A stretch of DNA of 64,000 nucleotides, taken from contig CAYPKP010000001.1 of the NCBI GenBank assembly GCA_964411345.1, positions 6,452-70,451 on the forward strand, written 5' to 3'. Made by a program: the position numbers and the translations under genes. The stretch's first letter is position 1; the number at the start of each line of letters is the position of its first letter. Source of the DNA: an uncultured Rikenella sp. (lineage in GTDB: Bacteria; Bacteroidota; Bacteroidia; Bacteroidales; VadinHA17). The notes below the pieces were generated by a model. It was not told the DNA's origin. It did not search any database and worked only from the letters and a program-made list of their open reading frames with translations. Below are positions 28,574-35,274 of the stretch, one piece after another.

Positions 28574-29515
28574 ATGATAAGTTTCGGTCCTGTTCCTTCG
28601 CGACGCCTTGGCAAGAGCCTTGGCATAAACAATATCATCAGACCTAAAGTCTGTTCGTACAGCTGTCTCTATTGCCAGGTGGGGCAGACAAGGAATACAA
28701 CCCTTACCCGGCAGTCGTTCTTCACTCCTGAACAGATTTTTCGTGAGGTGGAAAGCCACCTTGGCAAACTCTCACCGGGTGACAGGCCCGATTACCTAAC
28801 CTTTGTCTCCAACGGTGAGCCTACGCTCGACATAAACCTTGGGAGATCAATCGACATGCTCCGTGGCCTGGATATCCCGATTGCGGTCATAACCAACTCG
28901 TCAATGCTCACCTTTCCTGAGGTTCGCAGCGAGCTTTCGGGGGCAGACTGGGTATCACTCAAGGTTGACTCCGCGGATGCCGGTACCTGGCAGAAGGTGA
29001 ACCGTCCGGCGGAGGGACTCGCATTTGATACCCTGCTGGAGGGGGTGATGCTTTTTGCAGGAGAGTTTAAAGGGAAGCTGAGGACCGAGACCATGCTCTG
29101 CAAGGGAATAAACGACAGCCGGGAGAACCTCAGGGATGTGGCAGCAATAATCACCGCCATGAAAGCCGGCAAAGCCTATATCTCCATACCCATAAGGCCT
29201 CCTGCGGAAAAGGATGTCACGGCACCCGGGGTGGAGAGTGTGAATATCGCCTGGCAGATCTTCAGGGAGGCGGATATTGACACCGAACTGCTCACAGGCT
29301 TCGAGGGAGTTGACGCCGGTTCCACGGGCAACATCTATGAAGACATACTCAATATCACCGCTGTCCACCCGCTCAGGGAGGATTCCCTCAGGGAGCTGCT
29401 TTCAAAAAACGGTGCTGATTTCAGCATCGTTGAGTCACTGCTGAGCCAGAGGCTTATTAAACGCACTTTCTACGAGGGGCACAAATTTTATCTGCGGGAT
29501 TTCCAGGTGAATTAA
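28574..29515 (+). CDS. Radical SAM protein
   Basis: 313 aa. N-terminus GPVPSRRLGKSLGIN followed by CSYSCLYCQ (CxxxCxxC cluster motif). 6-nt gap after the DUF89 gene. Confidence 0.85.
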   Translation: MISFGPVPSRRLGKSLGINNIIRPKVCSYSCLYCQVGQTRNTTLTRQSFFTPEQIFREVESHLGKLSPGDRPDYLTFVSNGEPTLDINLGRSIDMLRGLDIPIAVITNSSMLTFPEVRSELSGADWVSLKVDSADAGTWQKVNRPAEGLAFDTLLEGVMLFAGEFKGKLRTETMLCKGINDSRENLRDVAAIITAMKAGKAYISIPIRPPAEKDVTAPGVESVNIAWQIFREADIDTELLTGFEGVDAGSTGNIYEDILNITAVHPLREDSLRELLSKNGADFSIVESLLSQRLIKRTFYEGHKFYLRDFQVN

Positions 29516-30258
29516 TGGAGAGAGGGAGAAGGACAACAACAATCTTACAGGCTAAACAACTGACTGATATGGGTGATCTGTACAAGGAACTGGAAAAGGA
29601 TTTAAGGTACCGGGAAGGGCTTAATGCATGCATCAACTGTGGCATCTGCACCTCTGTATGTCCTGCCGCCGAGGTGAGCGACTATGATCCGAGGATGGTT
29701 GTGGACATGGTGCAGCAGAAGGATGAGAGCATACTGCGACAGCTTTTGTCAGGTGATACCATCTGGAGATGCGGTGAGTGCCTCTCGTGCAAGACCCGCT
29801 GCCCCAGGGGCAACGTGCCGTGTTACATCATACAGTCGCTCAGGTCACTCTCAATAGAGACGGGCCTCTTTGCCGAGAGCAGTGAGGGTCGCAAGCAGCT
29901 GGTGGTAAAACGCACGGTAGGAGATCATATACTGAAGTACGGATACTGCGTGTACATTGACGAAGTCAAAAATGAATGGTATCCTGAGCAGGGCCCGGTA
30001 TGGGAATGGCTCAGGGAAAACCGAAAGGAGACCCTTGAGCGGTTCAAGACCAGCTATGGGAAGGAGCAGGCCGGCACACTGAGGAACACGGCACAGGAGT
30101 CACTTGAAGATCTGAAGAGGATATTTGATGAGACAGGAGGAACGGCCCGCTTTGCAAAAATTGAAGAGTTTTCGGCCAGGAAGGCTGCCGAGGCCGGCAA
30201 GGATTTTTCGGAAGAGAGGGATGAATATTTCAATATGCTGAACAATGGCGAAGAGTAG
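29515..30258 (+). CDS. HdrC-like 2x[4Fe-4S] ferredoxin-domain protein
   Basis: 247 aa. CINCGICTSVCP and CGECLSCKTRCP. Its ATG overlaps the radical-SAM stop (TAATG). Confidence 0.75.
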   Translation: MERGRRTTTILQAKQLTDMGDLYKELEKDLRYREGLNACINCGICTSVCPAAEVSDYDPRMVVDMVQQKDESILRQLLSGDTIWRCGECLSCKTRCPRGNVPCYIIQSLRSLSIETGLFAESSEGRKQLVVKRTVGDHILKYGYCVYIDEVKNEWYPEQGPVWEWLRENRKETLERFKTSYGKEQAGTLRNTAQESLEDLKRIFDETGGTARFAKIEEFSARKAAEAGKDFSEERDEYFNMLNNGEE

Positions 30259-31315
30259 AAAGAATGATATCTGGGAGGCTTACCAGAAAGAGATAGCCGA
30301 TGATCACTATTATTTTGCCAGGAGCTGTATCAGGCAGAACTTCTTCCCTGCCGCCGAGGGTCTTTACCTGAAGATCCTGCAGGATGAACTCGGACTAGAC
30401 ATTTTCGATGACCCGCGGCAAACATCATGTACGGGCATAGCCTATCACTCGGGAGTGCTGCCCTTTGAGACCATCATGACGGTTGTGGCACGACAGTTTG
30501 CGCTGATGAATGAAGCAGGCTACAAAAACTTTGTTGTCTCCTGTGTCACATCATTTGGCATATACGTGGAGGTGCTCGAGACCTGGAAACATAATCCCGG
30601 CATCGAAAGGCGGGCTCATGAGGCACTGTTCAATGCAACAGGAAAGAGGTTTGAGATACCTGAAAACCTCGTTCATGCCAGTGACGTGATTTACAAATAC
30701 AGGGAGAGGCTTGGTGAAAAGATCAGGAAACGGCTGGTCAATGCCTCAACCGGTGAGCCGCTGAAGGTGGTTGACCACATAGGATGCCATTATGCCAAGA
30801 TTTTTCCGGAGAAGGGAATAGGAGGAGCGGAGTTTCCCTACGTGCTGGCCGGACTGATAGACGCATGGGGAGGAGACCAGGTTGACTACCCTGAGCGGAG
30901 GCACTGTTGCGGGTTCGGCTTCAGGCAGTACATCATCAAATCAAACAGGGGCTATTCAGTGGCTAACTCCAAGAAGAAATTTGACTCCATGGAACCCTTC
31001 AAACCTGACCTCATCATTGCCAATTGCCCGGGATGCACATATTTCCTTGACAGATGGCAGTATGTCATCTCCGAGATGGAGGGCAGGACCTACGGCGCCG
31101 ACGGTTACGGGATCCCGGTGCTGACTTACGAGGAACTGGCGGGCCTGCTTCTTGGCTATGATCCGTGGGATATAGGTTTGCAGACACACGAGGTGGCCGT
31201 TGAACCTTTACTTGATAAGCTTGGAATAAGTTACGACCCCTCAGCCAAATATGACGGGCTGAACGGCAGGAAACTGAAAGTGCCGGAGAACCCTGCACAC
31301 CTTAAGATATGCTGA
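30245..31315 (+). CDS. HdrB-like CCG-domain protein
   Basis: 356 aa. The second CCG domain is intact (IGCHYAKIFP ... RRHCCGFGF ... IANCPGCTYF). The first is degenerate (SCIRQNFFP ... SCTGIAYHSG ... SCVTSFG). 14-nt overlap with the HdrC-like gene. Confidence 0.75.
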   Translation: MAKSRKNDIWEAYQKEIADDHYYFARSCIRQNFFPAAEGLYLKILQDELGLDIFDDPRQTSCTGIAYHSGVLPFETIMTVVARQFALMNEAGYKNFVVSCVTSFGIYVEVLETWKHNPGIERRAHEALFNATGKRFEIPENLVHASDVIYKYRERLGEKIRKRLVNASTGEPLKVVDHIGCHYAKIFPEKGIGGAEFPYVLAGLIDAWGGDQVDYPERRHCCGFGFRQYIIKSNRGYSVANSKKKFDSMEPFKPDLIIANCPGCTYFLDRWQYVISEMEGRTYGADGYGIPVLTYEELAGLLLGYDPWDIGLQTHEVAVEPLLDKLGISYDPSAKYDGLNGRKLKVPENPAHLKIC

Positions 31316-31393
31316 TCTTCCGGCACTGAAAGAATTGATCTTGAACTGACCGCAAAGAATTCTCTCTTCCTTTGGTATTACAGGGCCCCTGTG

Positions 31394-31762
31394 CTACTCC
31401 CTGCCCAGTTCCTTAAGCCGTTTTTCAATGTTCTTCTGCTCGTTGGAAAGGTATTCGATCTGCGACTTCAGCATCTTAATCTCCTCATCCTTGTTCATGG
31501 CCGGCATCTCAGACGCGAATCCCGGAGCAAAGCCCTGACAGTAGAAGTCCCGGCCACTGCCTCTCATAAAACCCTGGCCTCTTCCTGCCATGAAGCCACG
31601 GCCGCGACCCATGCCCCTGCCATAACCTGACCAGCTTCCGCGGCCCATACCCCTGCCAGGACCTCTGGTGTATCCCGGTGAATCAAATCCGTAGCAGTAA
31701 CCCATTGCCCTTCCGGTTCCGGGACCTGTTCCCGAAGGTCCGGTACGATCTCCTGATGGCAT
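31394..31762 (-). CDS. DUF5320 domain protein
   Basis: 122 aa. MPSGDRTGPSGTGPGTGRAMGYC then a Gly/Arg/Met-rich low-complexity region and a C-terminal coiled coil EEIKMLKSQIEYLSNEQKNIEKRLKEL, the usual DUF5320 layout. Confidence 0.7.
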   Translation of the reverse strand: MPSGDRTGPSGTGPGTGRAMGYCYGFDSPGYTRGPGRGMGRGSWSGYGRGMGRGRGFMAGRGQGFMRGSGRDFYCQGFAPGFASEMPAMNKDEEIKMLKSQIEYLSNEQKNIEKRLKELGRE

Positions 31763-31822
31763 AATTTCAATTTTTTATGTTCGACATATTTATCTTTCAA
31801 CAGTCAAAAATAATAAATTAAA

Positions 31823-31836
31823 TGAACATATGTTCA
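31823..31836. promoter_or_regulatory. Candidate operator: perfect palindrome TGAACATATGTTCA
   Basis: 14/14 dyad, 61-74 nt upstream of the DUF5320 ATG (31762) and just downstream of the MBL terminator. Matches the box at 27631-27644. Confidence 0.35.
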
Positions 31837-31857
31837 CATCAGACATCTTTTTTTTTG

Positions 31858-31882
31858 AAAAAAAGGGATAGCACCCCCTTTT
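31858..31882 (-). terminator. Rho-independent terminator after the MBL hydrolase gene
   Basis: Minus strand reads AAAAGGG-GGTGCTAT-CCCTTTT then TTTC, giving a 7-T run. It starts 5 nt after the stop at 31887. Confidence 0.5.
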
Positions 31883-31886
31883 GTTT

Positions 31887-32678
31887 TCAGAAGGAAAGGA
31901 ATTTTCCGGTTGTGACGGGAGTGGCATCAAAAGCGGACCGGAATGTGGCAAGGGCAGATCCGGATGTGCAGTGCGACGGAATTACATGGGTGACCTTCTT
32001 TTTCTCCAGGTATTTGACTGTTTCTATTGTCTGGCGATCTTTTTCCTTCAGATGGAATCCCCCCATAATCCCGTAGATTCTGTCAATCCCGGTAACTGCA
32101 ATCGCATGTTCCACCGTGTTGACAACTCCGGCGTGCCCGCAGCCTGTAATTATGAACAGTCCATCAGGAAGGGCAATGATAAGTGCACTGTCGTCCGCCA
32201 CAAAATCGGGTGTGCCGTCTTCCAGCACAAATGGGGTCGTCAACGACTCAAACGGTAAGATCCGGGGTATCTCGCCGGCGAAGAGGATAGATTCAGTGAT
32301 TTTAAACGGTTCCCTGGATGTGATGAGATTGAATTTGCTCTCAATTTCTTTCCTTGAGTTTTTCAGTCCGATATATGAGTGGTCTCTTTGCCGGTATCTC
32401 CTGATGAAGCATCCCGGATGGCAGAGCAGTGTGCCGCCACGAAGATGTTCCAGTCCGTTTCCGTGGTCGTAGTGTCCGTGGCTGAGTACGATCATGTCCA
32501 GAGCCTCGAGGCTGAGGCCCATGATGGCAGCATTCTTCAGGAAGAGGTCGCTCTGGCCGGTATCAAACAGGATTTTCCTGCCGTCAGATTCGATCAGGTA
32601 TGAAAGTCCGTGTTCGGCAGCTGTAAGCTCACCGGGATTATTTTCTGTCAGAACGGATAGTTTAACGGCTGTTGCCAT
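31887..32678 (-). CDS. MBL-fold metallo-hydrolase (MJ0301/dihydropterin-aminobenzene-synthase-like subgroup)
   Basis: 263 aa. Zinc motif VLSHGHYDHGNG, later ITGCGHAG and PSHCT. Confidence 0.8.
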   Translation of the reverse strand: MATAVKLSVLTENNPGELTAAEHGLSYLIESDGRKILFDTGQSDLFLKNAAIMGLSLEALDMIVLSHGHYDHGNGLEHLRGGTLLCHPGCFIRRYRQRDHSYIGLKNSRKEIESKFNLITSREPFKITESILFAGEIPRILPFESLTTPFVLEDGTPDFVADDSALIIALPDGLFIITGCGHAGVVNTVEHAIAVTGIDRIYGIMGGFHLKEKDRQTIETVKYLEKKKVTHVIPSHCTSGSALATFRSAFDATPVTTGKFLSF

Positions 32679-32704
32679 GGCAATGAGTTATTTATGTCTG
32701 CTGT

Positions 32705-33319
32705 TCAGACGTGTGCCGAATAGTGCTTCGGGTCACAGGTCTCGCGGTATCTCCTGACGATCTGCTTGAAGTCCTCCCAGGTGTCACGTTTAAGCGAGGG
32801 GTCACGAAGCAGTGCTGCAGGGTGGTATACGGGCATTGTCACTATTCCCTGGCATGAGATCCATTTTCCGCGGTCACGGGTGATCCTGTACTCTGATCCG
32901 GCCATGTATTTCAGGGCAGTTGCTCCGAGGAGGATCATCATCCCGGGTTTGACAAGCTCAATCTGGTTAAGCAGCCATGGCATGCACACCTCAGCTTCAG
33001 CAGGTGTGGGCACACGGTTGTCCGGGGGTCTGCATTTGACAATATTGCTGATGAAGAGATGCTTCTCGCGCGTGAAGCCGCATGCCTCCAGTATCCTGTC
33101 AAGAAGCTGTCCTGATTTTCCTACGAAGGGCCTGCCCTGAAGATCCTCGTCGCGGCCCGGGCCCTCGCCGACGATCATGATTGCCGCATGGCGGTTACCC
33201 TCTCCGAAGATGACATTGTTGCGGGTCTGCGACAGACCGCAGCGGGTACAGCCAAGGACCTTCTGTTTCAGAACATCGAAGTCGTCTTCCCTGTCAGGTC
33301 CGAAAAGCAACCCGGTCAT
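32705..33319 (-). CDS. Uracil-DNA glycosylase, family 4 (4Fe-4S)
   Basis: 204 aa. CTRCGL, IVGEGPGRDEDLQGRPFVG (GE[AG]PG motif), NIVKCRPP, VYHPAALLR. Confidence 0.9.
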   Translation of the reverse strand: MTGLLFGPDREDDFDVLKQKVLGCTRCGLSQTRNNVIFGEGNRHAAIMIVGEGPGRDEDLQGRPFVGKSGQLLDRILEACGFTREKHLFISNIVKCRPPDNRVPTPAEAEVCMPWLLNQIELVKPGMMILLGATALKYMAGSEYRITRDRGKWISCQGIVTMPVYHPAALLRDPSLKRDTWEDFKQIVRRYRETCDPKHYSAHV

Positions 33320-33747
33320 TACGGTTTCCGGTTTTCAGCCTCGGCGTCACCCCTGTCAATCCTGACGATTTTTTCGGACTGGCACTTGTCGCAGTGCTCT
33401 TCAAGCTTGGCTGAGACTATTGTTTCATGGCAGTCGTTGCACCTGTACCAGTAGTCGCCGGCTATGAAAGTTCCGCCACGGATCAGTATCGCCTTGCCCT
33501 CGGCGAAGGCTTTGGCAACGTTCTTGCGGGCTTTGTCATAGAGCCGGGTAAATGTGGGGCGGGAGATCTTCATTCTCACTGCAGCCTCCTCGTGAGTGAG
33601 GTCTTCATAGTCGGCCAGCCGCAGTGCTTCATATTCCTCCACTGACATGACAACTGACTCCAGCTCTCTCATCGGAACGCCGAAGGGCTTATACCCCTCC
33701 ATCGGCGGAGGCATTTTTATGTGTCTGTATCTTCTCCTGTTTGGCAT
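33319..33747 (-). CDS. DUF134 (UPF0251) putative DNA-binding protein with C-terminal zinc ribbon
   Basis: 142 aa. The DUF134 pattern MPxRRR...YKPFGVPMRELESVVMSVEEYEALRLADYEDLTHEEAAVRMKISRPTFTRLYDKARKNVAKAF is sigma-70 region-4-like HTH. C-terminal CNDC...CDKC. The stop shares nt 33319 with the UDG start codon. Confidence 0.8.
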   Translation of the reverse strand: MPNRRRYRHIKMPPPMEGYKPFGVPMRELESVVMSVEEYEALRLADYEDLTHEEAAVRMKISRPTFTRLYDKARKNVAKAFAEGKAILIRGGTFIAGDYWYRCNDCHETIVSAKLEEHCDKCQSEKIVRIDRGDAEAENRKP

Positions 33748-33822
33748 CGGTAACGAACAGGTTCTCTACGGCAATTATGCCGGATAGATATGATCCTGCA
33801 AAGTTAACAACCTGCCCGAAGA

Positions 33823-34968
33823 TTACTTAATTTTTTTTGCCGCCCGGACCACGCGGTCAAAATAGATGGCGAAGGGCCTGTAAGCCAGGTGCGACCATTT
33901 CGAGAAGGGCACCTCGATCATCAGCATGGGGAAGAGAACCATCAGGTGAATTACGTAGGTGTAGTAGGTGGGGTAGGGCATCCCGCTGACCCTGAATATG
34001 TGCACCAGTATTCCCGTCACGGTTGTAAGAAAGAGGAGTACGAGGAAGGTCCAGTCAGTGATATGTGAGTGCCTGCTCTTCTCATCCTTTTTTCTGAAGC
34101 GTGCCGTCAGGAACCAGACTACCCCGATGAGCAGTCCGGCCGTGGCATAGTAGCCCAGGGAACGTTGCGGATGTGTCCAGTGATAGATGTTGTCAGTCTG
34201 AAACCATCCCAGGAAGAAGACTATCATGACAAACATGATCACATAGGCACTCATCAGGAACCAGTGGACTACCCAATAGCTGCTGAAGCTGAATTTTTTT
34301 CCTGTACCCAGGGTGTCGCATTTTGAGAACTGCTTCTGGGTGGCAAAATGAACAATCAGATTGTACAGTTCTGTAAACCAGAGCTTTAGCGGTATTTTCA
34401 GACTCCTGTTCTTCCTTACGATTTTCAGGTACATGTTGAAAATGTTTGACAGCAGGAAGAAGCTGAGCATGCCGGCCATGATCCAGTCTCCTATCTCCAC
34501 CTGTTTCCACGGTGCGAAGGTATTGAGTTTCACACCTCCCTGGTCCGTCAGTTCCGTGGTCATCGGGCCGTGCAGGAAGAGGAAAAGGACGAGGATCACA
34601 AGGGCAAGGAAGGCTATTGATCCGAACTCCCATGCCTTTGAGGTGTACAACTTTCTTCCAAGTCCCGTCCAGTCATATACAGAGGTAAGGTAACGTCTTA
34701 GTGACATCATCAGTTCTGCCGGTTTGGCATCCTGGGGGCAGTGTGTGCTGCACTGGCCACAGTAGTAACAGAGCCAGGGTTTTACTGATGAATGGATGTC
34801 ATCCCTTAATCCCAGCACGCTGAATCTTACCATCTCGCGGGGGAATGAATTCTGCTCGTCCGAGAGTGAACATACTGCAGTACATGTGCCGCAGTTATAG
34901 CATGCGTTAAAATCAAATGCGCCGAATTCTTTCAGTCTTTCCCCGAATATTGTGTCTGCTGCAGCCAT
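33823..34968 (-). CDS. QmoC-like fusion: HdrC-type 2x[4Fe-4S] domain plus NarI/HdrE-type membrane cytochrome b domain
   Basis: 381 aa. CYNCGTCTAVC and CYYCGQCSTHCP at the N-terminus, then about 6 hydrophobic helices with conserved His candidates (VVHWFLM, HWTHPQ, ILVHIFR, VIHLMV, SKWSHLAYRP). Confidence 0.7.
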   Translation of the reverse strand: MAAADTIFGERLKEFGAFDFNACYNCGTCTAVCSLSDEQNSFPREMVRFSVLGLRDDIHSSVKPWLCYYCGQCSTHCPQDAKPAELMMSLRRYLTSVYDWTGLGRKLYTSKAWEFGSIAFLALVILVLFLFLHGPMTTELTDQGGVKLNTFAPWKQVEIGDWIMAGMLSFFLLSNIFNMYLKIVRKNRSLKIPLKLWFTELYNLIVHFATQKQFSKCDTLGTGKKFSFSSYWVVHWFLMSAYVIMFVMIVFFLGWFQTDNIYHWTHPQRSLGYYATAGLLIGVVWFLTARFRKKDEKSRHSHITDWTFLVLLFLTTVTGILVHIFRVSGMPYPTYYTYVIHLMVLFPMLMIEVPFSKWSHLAYRPFAIYFDRVVRAAKKIK

Positions 34969-35246
34969 TACGATTTGATTTTATAGGTGAAAAACTCGTC
35001 CATATCGTCAATTGTACCTGTCTGGACACTTCCGTACCTGACGAGCGTCATGAGATGGAACAGCGTTTCGTGCGAGGATATTCCCAGTTTCCGGGAGAGC
35101 TGTACGACAGTCATCTCACCTTCCCTGAGGGCATCGAGGATCGATTTTTTTGTCCTGGTATAATTTTTCAGGTTCTCCTTCACGCTTTCCGGTACTTCGC
35201 GCTTCTCGCGTAGTATTTTATAGGTTTGTCCCTGTTTTTCTTCCAT
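34968..35246 (-). CDS. Small winged-helix-like protein, function unknown
   Basis: 92 aa with no Cys. KKSILDALREGEMTVVQLSRKLGISSHETLFHLMTLVRYGSV looks like an ArsR/MarR-type wHTH. Its stop shares nt 34968 with the QmoC-like start. Confidence 0.5.
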   Translation of the reverse strand: MEEKQGQTYKILREKREVPESVKENLKNYTRTKKSILDALREGEMTVVQLSRKLGISSHETLFHLMTLVRYGSVQTGTIDDMDEFFTYKIKS

Positions 35247-35274
35247 GGTTAATATTCCTTCCTGTTACCCGGTG

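Noticed and set aside
29515-31315. Reading the HdrC/HdrB-like pair as lactate utilisation LutAB or glycolate oxidase GlcF
   Set aside because: The size, the split into separate ferredoxin and CCG proteins, and the absence of LutC/GlcDE-type partners fit HdrCB-like proteins better. This cannot be settled without profile searches, so the call is kept generic.
31822-32258. Plus-strand ORFs 31822-32076 and 31881-32258
   Set aside because: They are antisense to the MBL hydrolase gene. The first begins inside the TGAACATATGTTCA palindrome purely because that motif contains ATG.
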